Source of the DNA: an uncultured Clostridia bacterium
GTDB lineage: Bacteria > Bacillota > Clostridia > Christensenellales > UBA1242
Length of the DNA: 64,000 nt
NCBI GenBank assembly: GCA_944381105.1
Contig: CALWJU010000022.1
Span: 10,083 to 74,082, forward strand
Direction: 5' to 3'
The notes beneath the pieces were generated by a model. It saw nothing but the letters and a program-made list of their open reading frames with translations, was not told the DNA's origin and did no database searches. The stretch's first letter is position 1, and every line of letters starts with the position of its first letter. Below are positions 48,901 to 56,588 of the stretch, in pieces. Position numbers and translations under genes: made by a program.

Positions 48901-50425
48901 CGCACAGGATCCACTAGGCTATCAAGGTGTGTCATTAGGCGAAAATGGCGGTTATACTACAACTGATTCGGAGATACAGTCAATCTGGCCTAGATGGAAT
49001 CAGTATGTAGAGTTAGGTTATTTTGAAATACCACTAATTAATTACGTAACTATTGACTCTATAAATTTCTATGACGAAAATGATAACTCTGTTGCTGAAA
49101 GGATAGATTTATCAGCAGAATCTTATTACCTAGCCACAAATGACATGGAGGATGAAGATGGAACTGAACTGTTCTATTTCAATGGCTTTGGAAATGCAAG
49201 AGGAGTGTTCACATCAGATAAGGCAAGCCTTATAATGCCTAAACTTACTGACACAGACCTATATAATGAAAGCAATACAGCCTCAGTTCAAATGGTAATA
49301 AGACTTAAATATGAATACAATAATAGTGTTACCGAGTACTACGATTTGATTGTCCCTATTACTGTTGTAAGAGAGGTTACTGTTGTTTCTAACAATGTTG
49401 CACCAGTGAGAGATGGGGTTATGTTTGATGTTGACAATCAATTCAATATAACAGAAAATGGTGGCAATGTAGAGGGAGATTACTCTTATATAAATGACAC
49501 CTTAGAGGTGCTTGTAAATGGTAATAGTACAACCAATTTCCAATTGTACCTAATAAGAGATGACGAGGTAGTAAATCAACAACCAGCGATTGTATCCCTT
49601 ACAAATGGACAAACTATTGCTAGGACAAATTATATTTCAATATCTCAACAATTTGGAAGAAATATACAAGAAGGGGATGAAATAAGAATCGTCCCACTTG
49701 ACAACAATGCGGAATTTTACTATATTACAAATGAGGGAGCAAGTATTGTCAATAATCATTATGTACCAGCAAGTGATGGGCAGGCACTAAGAACTGACGA
49801 AAATGGCAACTATTATCTTGTCAGATTTGGCGAGGAGAATAGTGATAGCGAAACTCGCATTGCCATAGAAACAATTCAGTATGATGCTATATATGTAGAA
49901 GATTCATCGCTCATCGACAATTCAAGCAGTTATTACAATGTAAGGAAATACTATGTTTTAAGTATGACAGGTGGTTATACATATCGAATTTCTAAAAACT
50001 ATTATGTTACAGGATATTATTATTCATTGCAAAGGACTGAGCCAGGCGACATAATTATGGATTACTTGACTATACATGAAGAAAATGGAATAAGATATTC
50101 AGATTTCAATGATTGGAATGAGGCTTTCTCTATGACGGTAGCCAACGCAGATCTTGAAGAAGAAGTTATTAGTGGAAGCAAGAGTGAGTATACATTGTAT
50201 TTAACATTTGTTATTGATTCCACAACTGATCCAAATGCCTCAGGAAATGCAACAATAGACGAAAATGGCAGAATAACTTATACCTCAGAATTTAACGAAA
50301 ATGAATATCTAAGAATAGTCATAAGGATGAAAGTTTCTGGCGTCGATAGAGATATCAGTATTGATGATGCAACGCCACTTGAAATGGACATATTAAGACT
50401 AGCAGCAAGGTCGCAGTCAAATTAA
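39935..50425 (+). CDS. Giant (3,496 aa) N-terminally membrane-anchored surface protein, no family recognised
   Basis: ATG 39935 with ggag 8 nt upstream. K/R-rich start, then TM WPVWLTVILTILGVGAVSGVTVLGVYLAGGF. Remainder is acidic, T/S/N/Y/I-rich and beta-strand-like, with no Cys-rich or catalytic motif seen. No C-terminal anchor. Confidence 0.85.
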   Translation: MKKEKKAKRQKENNRRKWPVWLTVILTILGVGAVSGVTVLGVYLAGGFEERVINPSDVVFSYDENLFNQQTNQLEVTEDFTLMIDSSTSFVTNDQVTLSFDLSANIGEGDEPQSLERRQVNGVWYISNGIIEMPETVRIRQPFTVTLRTQDLTDDDGSVIAEDWIKGGISTIIATSVYNQISSSQPLKIAVDVPVYDIEVYAVSSTGDETNQIVTGETFTLQTRFIPEASRYMYSDDKNNDISEDSRRIKHTYYVTNDSSVTTRYEDLYSVSFMAGEDTDDSVSLQGYVFRNADRQIETENSIETTSNVTFYTQMLSQLSQAGEETAPSGSTTISIGMASVERYTVSSQALSMNTNQSLRLYMNRYIYDESSSYLGVNIYSTSGPTIESMLRNIAIAFSYDGQDPTDNSFLEVSGGDIEVIDGVRYYKPFTDGINNLNYSYWTLRSSREAEITMTIVLLIENEEGGYSIFDLHQPYYVTLQVTTHEEEPLEWATDSDTIDVMLGYNSTGTIDSKTIDLESLISIPENNIYRDYVFFAWFGNGEKEDLRQTVDSVIGSAGYNYELSGMYATTENMLLFALNGTSITLLDSGSFRLYYATIITENGVPVYQTDSTGNRTYSIAVMSQDYIQINCEKELYQDSVSAGSVNTDNFTPLENGEYAINQGSQSTISFSFVIDSEALPVFTEEYNNGYMSLMFRDTQNNDVTSNFTILSQQLTNDGENGLLTYQVIVNTGVNISVENGIYLSQVILRYDDTVDSEIEWSMPINDRTICIYAPQAQNIEIDTTNIQSYLNFITGQEAIVVNQILNTAGNFDTTINVGDEVVNSVDALLTLLLGGQANDTQYGYVVITDQKGRVDTLAGNWRFALVEGSDANAINLNGQTFTFRQAEDATVRLALETIDGNQTSLSNGQSLYINVTSEGITYAESLTSEDPYPAGDYTDDMYESSDISNLYVSMYGVKGEERVTLSNLVKFYIGEGRDDQQYYNIRFTLSQQYLNDTRITDEMFISLYNSTDGMISLYDSAGQLIEGLPKDAQEIKSMLSGVELSAISFNKNFARSSHIIVFSITDTGSNGAITSSLNMTIRTAYTVTNVNYPEDNREPLYAHTDLELVNSVTNEYYRYLGRDDYVSDFETLFDGGELYYIQSSGSGYVLVNEIDENDTYIGTFDSSTGIINFNDFWDVENRDFAVTFTPEGENYFTLSLVIQFRVTRDLAIEDLNSTYYIVTGAGITYNVDDFVDKYRLSAENQSDADRTNLQGLTLSYQFSDYFTVNSNGDITTLDGELFFFDYNEKQLFTNLTIYYVSQSGNIELETITIPIEIYSGSLQAEVEVEGYDIYEEISGLLTYQTSDSVVLEEPITAQVQNITSSQEDGSETITEYIMVQEGTWNLDTTFVSGSGYSIYPSLLDSEGNSLDSYYDVFGNGEGDELSYITINFRNIRNRILQGLEEPIYLVLYFGSPDDSGMPSFPGTTAVMYVPLIISAMGFDYINYQEDMVDDIDKLQTAIQDPNSYIVNGEYNGPYQTIRAGQISQILSQYDFTDNTQTTGLYLLGGQDLQASIDYYPLDSTGSLFTSEDIIKFTRIDSIEIEDVAETVGTISLNHLSSLYQNEFYFAVSYTLQSTSESREFYYVYKVEPDVIVEEPVYAYNTNSQGAVEYLQGEQNQEGQVDFNQIFGANTLVENQKRFNITKQFDIVSVDGEAVTGLYVDMESEQMQLWISVLNEGETIYELSSPYTIERPDNDENVLIDLATIFGEGVNITEGNIINLSILSGNGDIYYNDMLIFSDLVETNEIEYVTVGEDTFYDEQGWGEFIEIYFTSDTSIMHYTPLTNEQITIRVKHSYNGSADENELSIIGGEQYYRFIVNSTTYNYSVRFTNGSETFTTNGSNQTYTWDDVDSEESDSIRIHLLQGVDAGSSGYEEVWDNLHIALTSETDIEGNLIDSENSALIAEDGYTYSSASSANGLFTLNFADYISSARILEFTLYTDQGYLATLLVYIDATASVSFINDETGELSGGDSHIFSEIFGIQLNGELIERDNYTVTGEITSSTEYQDFSGQDFVVFDEDGTFIVANLLRDYQVTFRFTVEFNSGAGSEFENKTFIFTQQMLLKANVTHSSSVNGGQVIAGGEKTIENVFNSISDLNTKIVYTGTSSSQAFASVISDNIILTNYVANLTNMDVNLTVRIYFTYGECEVTIDTPYQQFNMTYSLSVYPSVDITISYPQPNDERLEQEYLDSNSTYTNILEDFILHSAIFSDNSRLSFAPAEYDDEGNVYYNYENLLNFEDNSQDVSILVYSLENATIYSDAGEEREYYLTSQYIPATANDIVFVRGSRNTSGEIVDSMSESLITLRITYQNVQVDYNISLLDNVLSVQINNVTNNTARGQLPSGTTVDYEISYIDQTNLSSSMFAKSRLAEVTFSPSLSRTGMYYLVFSDGEQYYASYPQYIESSRAGLTQNIDLGYSMTSANMEGETIVSYTDFDYVGVFLVTNFENNNLTISNNGLIVNSEDIAITDISSLGTNFDANNAIFESISLINRVQLVYGGTSNILVDYIYYEQYLNQLNLNEISSSDLDTISSAEVFGSNSFDKDDGSENSIVELNVNYYYMPTIDVDIEEKISSVHNYVILETNQEYSSMVSEFGVHHPSTGQLVSVGDFGVDKANLSLSVIELGEISDESTTELLQEYLLENNEYEFKTTTESNRQYLRPSPRSNVGEYTYDYWLTPLGADNQGDLVLLKITYSVQLAGNGTASKDFYVVVKIIPDYIVSFGGNAVDFTEDDVEGDEITNINNIYNIDQVQDNGNYQSFRLTKSSSTDDGYVSVRHSNGDSAVQSAELATSNFTITMRVPSDVVGGVEYNQTDNVEQKLGDDLTTWDYQSGQYTLVDGNGTLFQNAKEVIFGTQYFMIEAEDDYGFRYVVYFSLQSSSEPNISSSGITLTEGSHFDIGAQYDLLRISTISENDSTQYAINNIPTSPISTDSYVTLITINGLQAHMYAQDPLGYQGVSLGENGGYTTTDSEIQSIWPRWNQYVELGYFEIPLINYVTIDSINFYDENDNSVAERIDLSAESYYLATNDMEDEDGTELFYFNGFGNARGVFTSDKASLIMPKLTDTDLYNESNTASVQMVIRLKYEYNNSVTEYYDLIVPITVVREVTVVSNNVAPVRDGVMFDVDNQFNITENGGNVEGDYSYINDTLEVLVNGNSTTNFQLYLIRDDEVVNQQPAIVSLTNGQTIARTNYISISQQFGRNIQEGDEIRIVPLDNNAEFYYITNEGASIVNNHYVPASDGQALRTDENGNYYLVRFGEENSDSETRIAIETIQYDAIYVEDSSLIDNSSSYYNVRKYYVLSMTGGYTYRISKNYYVTGYYYSLQRTEPGDIIMDYLTIHEENGIRYSDFNDWNEAFSMTVANADLEEEVISGSKSEYTLYLTFVIDSTTDPNASGNATIDENGRITYTSEFNENEYLRIVIRMKVSGVDRDISIDDATPLEMDILRLAARSQSN

Positions 50426-50455
50426 AATAATATACTTAGTTAAAAGGAGAAATTA

Positions 50456-51907
50456 ATGGACTGGTTTTCAATATGTTTTATAGTTGTTGTTTGTATTAAT
50501 TTTCTCCTTTTAATAGGTATGGTTTTTCTAGAAAAACGCAAGCCAGAGAATATAATAGCGTGGATAACTGCTATGACATTCTTGCCAATAATAGGGTTCC
50601 TGTTCTACATAGTCTTTGGAAGTGGATTAAGTGTAAGAACCAGACGAATGATGAAAAAGAAGAGAATATCGGAGCGAGACATTATTCGTAATATTAAGGG
50701 TATACAAACACTAGAAGAGGCAAAACTCGATGGTATATTAAAGGATGATCAAGAACTTGTCGCTTTATGCTACAACTATGGATCATACCCAATACCTGGA
50801 AATGATATAAAAATTTTTACAAACGGAAAAGATAAACTTGATAGTTTGAAAAAAGATATAATTTCTGCTAAATATTCAATAAACATAGAATATTATATTT
50901 TCGCAGACGACGAGTCGGGTACTGAGATAATGTCTCTTCTCTGCGATAAGGCAAGGGAGGGAGTGGATGTAAAATTAATCTATGACTCAATAGGCTCACG
51001 TAAAGCTCCACGACGATTTTTTAAACGTCTTGAAAAAGCAGGTGGGCAAGTAGGCGAGTTTTTCCCTCCATTTATGCACATAAGATTGCTAAATCTAAAA
51101 CTTAATTATAGAAATCACAGAAAAATAGTTGTTATTGATGGTAGAATTGGATACACAGGCGGTATCAATATAAGAAATGACCATATTGGACTTGATAAAA
51201 AGTTGTTTCCATGGCGTGATACTCACATAAGAATAGAAGGTGGTGGCGTATACGCTCTTCAAAATATCTTTTTGGACGATTGGCGATATTGTAAAAATGA
51301 TAGCACTCCTCCAAGGCTATATTTGGAAAATGGCTATTTCCCTAGTCCAACGATTCAGGGTAATGCTACTACTCAACTTGTCTATTCTGGGCCAGATAGT
51401 CAAGTGCCTAAGATAGAAGAAACCTATGTAAAAATGATTTTAAGTGCAAAAAATAGGGTATTCATACAAACTCCTTACTTTATACCTGACGAAACGTTCT
51501 CATCGGCACTAAGAATTGCTGTTAAAAGTGGAATAGACGTGCGGATCATGGTGCCAAACATACCTGATAAAAAGACGGTATATCTTGCAACTCTTTCTTA
51601 TTTAAAAGAGATGGCAGAAATTGGCATAAAAATTTATCTATACAATGGTTTTTTGCATAGCAAGACCTTGCTTGTAGATGATAATAAACTTTCAATAGGT
51701 ACATGCAATACAGATAATCGCTCATTTAGATTGAATTTTGAAAACACTGTAATTATCTATTCTCAGCAGTTAAATAAAGAGTATCAACAAATTTTTGAAG
51801 AAGATATAAAAAATTCAAAGAGGGTAGGCATAGATTATTTTAAAAAGAAGAGGTGGATAACCAAGATATTACAAGCAATAATGCACCTATTTTCATCTAT
51901 ATTTTAA
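50456..51907 (+). CDS. cls: Cardiolipin synthase (two PLD HKD motifs)
   Basis: Two N-terminal TM helices. HKD1 HRKIVVIDGRIGYTGGIN. HKD2 HSKTLLVDDNKLSIGTCNTD. SD aaaggag. Starts 30 nt after the giant ORF with no terminator between. Confidence 0.92.
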   Translation: MDWFSICFIVVVCINFLLLIGMVFLEKRKPENIIAWITAMTFLPIIGFLFYIVFGSGLSVRTRRMMKKKRISERDIIRNIKGIQTLEEAKLDGILKDDQELVALCYNYGSYPIPGNDIKIFTNGKDKLDSLKKDIISAKYSINIEYYIFADDESGTEIMSLLCDKAREGVDVKLIYDSIGSRKAPRRFFKRLEKAGGQVGEFFPPFMHIRLLNLKLNYRNHRKIVVIDGRIGYTGGINIRNDHIGLDKKLFPWRDTHIRIEGGGVYALQNIFLDDWRYCKNDSTPPRLYLENGYFPSPTIQGNATTQLVYSGPDSQVPKIEETYVKMILSAKNRVFIQTPYFIPDETFSSALRIAVKSGIDVRIMVPNIPDKKTVYLATLSYLKEMAEIGIKIYLYNGFLHSKTLLVDDNKLSIGTCNTDNRSFRLNFENTVIIYSQQLNKEYQQIFEEDIKNSKRVGIDYFKKKRWITKILQAIMHLFSSIF

Positions 51908-51910
51908 AAC

Positions 51911-51942
51911 AAAAAAGCGAATATATACTATTCGCTTTTTTT
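51911..51942. terminator. Rho-independent terminator after cls
   Basis: aaaaaAGCGAATA-tatac-TATTCGCTtttttt. Confidence 0.8.
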
Positions 51943-52080
51943 AAGTTATTTGTATTGACAATGTTTTAAAAGAAAAATTGATAGAAATTATAAATGAAAT
52001 TTAAAAAACATTTAATTTGTTACGTTTTTTAAAAAGTGCCTGACTTTTTGAATTTGCCACAAAATAAATGCTTTTTTGTA

Positions 52081-53328
52081 TTATTTACTTCTTCCTATTG
52101 TATAATTATCTGTATTTCGGTCTCTCAACGATTTTATTGGATGCTCGCTATCTTGAAGACGATAATCTTTTCCAAACTTTTTTATATGTTCGTTTATAAC
52201 AGCATGAGAAGGCATAGTCTCAACATCTTTAATTATCTTTCTTTGATAGTCAAAGAAATTAGCATTGTCTGGAAGTTTAGTTACATTAATATATTTTTCA
52301 AGAATTCCTGTATTTGATACTGTTTGTCCCAAAATTAACCTTATATAATCTTTTTGAGGAGAAAAGGATATAAGTTCAGGGAATACGCCACCTGGTATAA
52401 CATCGAACCAATCTTTATTTTCATATTTTTGCACAAGAGAAAGTGTATAATGGAGATGAGCAAGTTCTTGTTCGTAGAGCATCTCCCAAATTGTTCTAAT
52501 ATTTTTATCTTTTTCATCATTATACATTGAAAAGTATAAATAACATTCTATATATTCGTGCATCAAAAGGTCATCAAGCATAGTCATCGATGGGTCAATC
52601 AGTGAGCCATATTGAGATACATGCTCTTCTTCAACCATGGCAATCTCAGTGTAAACCTCTCGTCCTTTTTGATGTTTGTAGAAAGAACCTAAATTCATAT
52701 AGTAGTTCATTGTCTGCTGTTCGGCGGCGGTTATTATTGAAACATCACATTTTGTTATTGGGTCTGCTGACATATTAGAAATAGGTTTTTTAATATTATC
52801 AAATGGGTGTCGGTGATGTGCGACAGTAGGTCTACCAGGCATAATTTCAGTATAAGAGCCGATATATTTTTCTGCATGTTCACCCATATCCGTTTCTAGC
52901 AAGTTGGCATATCTATATAAATGGTCAAAATCTTCAAGTAATGCAAAATCTAGTGCGTCTTTTACAAATTGGTTTGTTTGCCTCTGTGCCAAAAAGGCGG
53001 TGAGGTCAACAGCAAGTTGCTCATAACCAAGGGTGGTTTGTAATACATTTTCATCGGCTGGTTTAAGGTTAGCGATAAGTTTTTGTTGCTGTTGTTCGCA
53101 GTTCCGTATAAAACAAACCGCTCTTCTTATGTCATTGTTTCCGCAGTGCCTATTTAGGTGGTGCTTAGACCATACCGCTTCATATTCTGTACCATTCATA
53201 AGAATACATCTTACTCTCGTGTAAGGGTCAACTTCATCTTTATTGTATGGTTTTGGTGAAAGCATTTTAAAACTCATCACTGTACTTTCAATTTTTTTTG
53301 ATTTTTCAAGAAAAGGGTTCAAACTCAT
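52081..53328 (-). CDS. Ferritin-like/rubrerythrin-superfamily di-iron protein (415 aa)
   Basis: Paired carboxylate/His motifs typical of di-iron four-helix bundles (LLEDFDHLYRY; MVEEEHVSQY; YEQELAHLHY). SD ggagga. Exact family not recognised. Confidence 0.5.
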   Translation of the reverse strand: MSLNPFLEKSKKIESTVMSFKMLSPKPYNKDEVDPYTRVRCILMNGTEYEAVWSKHHLNRHCGNNDIRRAVCFIRNCEQQQQKLIANLKPADENVLQTTLGYEQLAVDLTAFLAQRQTNQFVKDALDFALLEDFDHLYRYANLLETDMGEHAEKYIGSYTEIMPGRPTVAHHRHPFDNIKKPISNMSADPITKCDVSIITAAEQQTMNYYMNLGSFYKHQKGREVYTEIAMVEEEHVSQYGSLIDPSMTMLDDLLMHEYIECYLYFSMYNDEKDKNIRTIWEMLYEQELAHLHYTLSLVQKYENKDWFDVIPGGVFPELISFSPQKDYIRLILGQTVSNTGILEKYINVTKLPDNANFFDYQRKIIKDVETMPSHAVINEHIKKFGKDYRLQDSEHPIKSLRDRNTDNYTIGRSK

Positions 53329-53424
53329 ACTGTTCCTCCAAAACTAAGTATTGTCAGATTATTTGCTTTTTATTCGTGTAAGATTATTAAAATAAAAAAA
53401 TTTAGAAATAAAATGCCTTACCGA

Positions 53425-53453
53425 TTGAAAAAACACAAATTTTTTGTTATAAT
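53425..53453 (+). promoter_or_regulatory. Promoter of the U32 gene, -10 is 6 nt from the ATG (leaderless candidate)
   Basis: TTGAAA (53425..53430) -17 nt- TATAAT (53448..53453) -6 nt (ttatat)- ATG 53460. Confidence 0.6.
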
Positions 53454-53459
53454 TTATAT

Positions 53460-55625
53460 ATGAAAAAATCAATCGAACTTTTGTCGCCAGCAGGGAATTT
53501 TAATGCTTTAAAGTGTGCAATAAATAATGGTGCAGATGCAGTATATTTAGGACTCAGCGAATTTAATGCAAGGTCGAACATAGAAAATTTCAACATTGAA
53601 AACCTTGCAGATGCTGTAATGTTAGCACATTTACACAATGTAAAAGTATACTTGACACTTAACACTCTTGTATGTGATAGTGAATTTGAAGAAATTTTAA
53701 AGTTGGTTAAAAAATCACTTTTATGTAAGATTGATGCTTTTATAGTCCAAGATATAGGTCTGGCATATTTTTTGCGAGCAAATTTTCCATACATAGAACT
53801 TCATGCCAGCACTCAGATGGGGATTTGTAATCTTGAAGGAATCAAGGCTTTAAAGGATATCAATTTTTCAAGAGTTGTGCTTGCAAGAGAAACACCGCTC
53901 TCTGAAATTAAGAGAATAAGTGAGAATTGCAGTATACCACTTGAATATTTTATACAAGGAGCATTATGCGTAAGTTTTTCTGGCAACTGTTATCTATGCT
54001 CACTTCTTGCAAGTGCTAGTGGCAACCGAGGCAAATGCAAACAGTTTTGTAGGTTGCCTTATATCTTAGAGCATGATAGTACCAAAGAAAGAGGATATTT
54101 TTTAAGTACAAAAGATTTCTGTATGCTTCAATATTTAAAAGAACTTTATAGGTCGGGTGTAAGCAGTTTTAAGATAGAGGGAAGGGCAAGACGAGAGGGA
54201 TATGTTGCTGTTGCAACAGGAGTTTATAGACAAGCAATTGACAATAATTTTATATACAATGAAAAGGATAAAGAAGAATTAAAATATGTCTTTAACAGGG
54301 GCGATTTTATAAGTGGCTATTTCGGCCAAGAAAAAATCATTTATTATAAGTCGCAAAATCATATAGGTGTAGAGATTGGAAAAATTGAGAAAATTAGAAA
54401 AGGCAAAAAATTTAATGAAATACATATTAAATCTTCAAAAAAACTCAAAAAAGGTGATGTATTAAAGATTTTTGATAGAGAAAGAGAGATAGGTGTAATT
54501 TCGGTTGTCGACTTCAAAGAGTTAGAAAATGGGAAATATATATTGACTAGCAAGGCGGAATTTCCCAAAAATAGCAATGTACGAATGATTATAAATAGTG
54601 ATTTAGAAGGTAAATATCTTGCAAATCAGAAAAAAATAAGTGTGAAAGCAAGTCTCATTTTACAGCCAGGGGAAAAGGCGGTTGTCTTTCTAGAAAGTGC
54701 CTTTACAAAAATAAAATATGAAAGCGATATAGTTGTAGAGAAGGCAAAGACAGCCCCATTAACAAAGGAAGATTGTCAAAAACAATTTGCAAAACTCGGA
54801 GATGAATTCATATTAGAAGAGATAGAAATAGACCTTGGAGATGCCTTTTTAACAAAGGCTCAACTTAACTTGCTTAGAAGAGAGAGTCTGAAAAAATTAG
54901 AAGAAAATATTTTGATAAATTATCAAATTAGAGAAAATATAGACAAAAAGGCTCAATTTTCGCCAAAAAATATAGAAATAACTGATATTTTGCATAAAAA
55001 TGGCGAAATTATTGAGTTTAGCGACTTCTCGAAAATTAAATTTGAAGATGAAAAACTTTATATTTATAAGCCAGCATCATTTGACGAACAAATTTTGTCA
55101 TCTTATAAAAAATTTAGTAAATATAAAATATTCATATCATTGCCTATTATGGCAGACGGCAATGAAATTAATTTGATAAAGAAAATTTTGAATCAATGCT
55201 CAAATTGGGGAGTGGTAGCAAATAATTATTACTCTCTTTATCTGACTACCAAAGAAAAGACAATAATAGGAAGTGGGCTAAATGTTTTCAATTCATATGC
55301 TGTCAAGTTTTATGCGGAACAAGGATTTAAAAATATTATCCTATCTTTTGAAAATCACGATTATATAAAAAATTGTGGTGTAAATACCTATTCATATAAA
55401 AGTTTTTTCCCAGAGTATATGTATTTTAGACATTGCCCTTATAAAGAGAATTTGTCAGGCACATGCCAAAAATGCAATTATGACAATAAACTTACATATA
55501 AGTTAAATAATGTTAGGTTTGATTTAAAGAGGATTAAATTGCTCTCTTGTCAGTTTGTCTTAAAATCAAAAGAAGAAAAAACAATGCCAGTCCCAAAAAA
55601 TTGTGGCTTTATAGAAGAGGTCTAA
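53460..55625 (+). CDS. Peptidase U32 family protein (long form)
   Basis: N-terminus KSIELLSPAGNFNALKCAINNGADAVYLG, HASTQM, VLARE, Cys-rich GNCYLCS...CKQFCR, FKIEGR. These are U32 hallmarks recalled from collagenase-like/RlhA-TrhP family proteins. Confidence 0.85.
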   Translation: MKKSIELLSPAGNFNALKCAINNGADAVYLGLSEFNARSNIENFNIENLADAVMLAHLHNVKVYLTLNTLVCDSEFEEILKLVKKSLLCKIDAFIVQDIGLAYFLRANFPYIELHASTQMGICNLEGIKALKDINFSRVVLARETPLSEIKRISENCSIPLEYFIQGALCVSFSGNCYLCSLLASASGNRGKCKQFCRLPYILEHDSTKERGYFLSTKDFCMLQYLKELYRSGVSSFKIEGRARREGYVAVATGVYRQAIDNNFIYNEKDKEELKYVFNRGDFISGYFGQEKIIYYKSQNHIGVEIGKIEKIRKGKKFNEIHIKSSKKLKKGDVLKIFDREREIGVISVVDFKELENGKYILTSKAEFPKNSNVRMIINSDLEGKYLANQKKISVKASLILQPGEKAVVFLESAFTKIKYESDIVVEKAKTAPLTKEDCQKQFAKLGDEFILEEIEIDLGDAFLTKAQLNLLRRESLKKLEENILINYQIRENIDKKAQFSPKNIEITDILHKNGEIIEFSDFSKIKFEDEKLYIYKPASFDEQILSSYKKFSKYKIFISLPIMADGNEINLIKKILNQCSNWGVVANNYYSLYLTTKEKTIIGSGLNVFNSYAVKFYAEQGFKNIILSFENHDYIKNCGVNTYSYKSFFPEYMYFRHCPYKENLSGTCQKCNYDNKLTYKLNNVRFDLKRIKLLSCQFVLKSKEEKTMPVPKNCGFIEEV

Positions 55626-55628
55626 TTT

Positions 55629-55677
55629 GTTTTCAATCAAAATTTTATTTTGAAAACTAATATATTTATGATAAAAT
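55629..55677 (+). promoter_or_regulatory. Inverted repeat overlapping the dfx promoter (terminator of U32 and/or operator)
   Basis: GTTTTCAA (55629..55636) -13 nt- TTGAAAAC (55650..55657). TTGAAA (55650..55655) -16 nt- TAAAAT (55672..55677). Confidence 0.4.
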
Positions 55678-55704
55678 ATATCTGCAAAATAAAAGGAGAA
55701 AAAT

Positions 55705-56088
55705 ATGAAAAAATTAGTATTATATAAATGCAAAGTTTGTGGCAATGTTGTAATTAAACTTGTAGATAGCAAAGTTCCACTTTTCTGCTGTGGACAAATG
55801 ATGGAGGAGATGAATCCTCTTAAAATTGATGGTGCGACAGAAAAACACCTACCTTGTGTTACAGTAAATTCAACAAATGTTTCTGTTAAGGTTGGACAAA
55901 TTTCTCACCCTATGACAGAAGAGCACTACATTTCTCATATAATAGCCCTTACAGATAAAGGGTATTATGTAAGGTCGCTTTTCCCAAATGAGCAACCTCA
56001 AACAGATTTTGTATTAGGTGAAAATGAGAAATTGATTGCAGTATATTCGCTATGCAATCTGCACGGACTTTGGGTTAAAACCATTTAA
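55705..56088 (+). CDS. dfx: Desulfoferrodoxin (2Fe superoxide reductase)
   Basis: Desulforedoxin-like centre I CKVCGN...FCCG. Centre II ligands EKHLP, HPMTEEH, H, CNLHG. SD aaaggag. Confidence 0.9.
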   Translation: MKKLVLYKCKVCGNVVIKLVDSKVPLFCCGQMMEEMNPLKIDGATEKHLPCVTVNSTNVSVKVGQISHPMTEEHYISHIIALTDKGYYVRSLFPNEQPQTDFVLGENEKLIAVYSLCNLHGLWVKTI

Positions 56089-56225
56089 GATAGACATGCG
56101 ATAATTGATTAAATCTGATAATTATCGAAATTAGGTTTGCTTTTAAAATGAAAGTGTAAAAGTTTTTTAATTGATAAATACATAAACAAATTAACATACT
56201 AAAAAATTCGCTTAAAGGAGTCAAT

Positions 56226-56588
56226 ATGGCAAGAGGAAAAAGTAAAAAAGGACGGATATTTTTTGTCGTTATCTTGCTTTTTGTTATAGTGGCTGGAATT
56301 GGCGGATATTTTACCGCTAAAAGCATCACAGCAAATGACACATTTGAGATTATTGGTGACAGGGAGATTACTCTTTACGTCGGAGAAGATTATCACGAGG
56401 AGGGTGCCATAGCCATTTCTTTTGGGCAAGACATTTCCGATAAAATCAAAATTGAGGGAACAGTCGACACTCAGACAGAGGATACATACTACATAAAGTA
56501 TACAGTTGATGATATAAGGTATCGAGGTGTTGAACGCTATCGTATTGTAAAGGTTGTAGCAAGCGAGGTGGGCAATGAAAGTGTTTAA
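56226..56588 (+). CDS. Membrane-anchored protein with Ig-like (DUF5011-like) ectodomain
   Basis: N-terminal TM IFFVVILLFVIVAGIGGYF, then DTFEIIGDREITLYVGEDYHEEGAIAISFGQDISDKIKIEGTVDTQTEDTYYIKYTV. SD aaaggag. Confidence 0.6.
   Translation: MARGKSKKGRIFFVVILLFVIVAGIGGYFTAKSITANDTFEIIGDREITLYVGEDYHEEGAIAISFGQDISDKIKIEGTVDTQTEDTYYIKYTVDDIRYRGVERYRIVKVVASEVGNESV

Noticed and set aside
53329-53424. PerR/Fur-type box upstream of the ferritin-like gene
   Set aside because: Only weak partial A/T palindromes (e.g. taagattatta) are present. They are indistinguishable from background in this A/T-rich spacer.
52036-53794. ORFs 52036..52317 (+), 52590..52778 (+), 53033..53224 (+) and 53447..53794 (-)
   Set aside because: They overlap the ferritin-like gene or the U32 gene on the opposite strand, and show no motifs or ribosome-binding sites.
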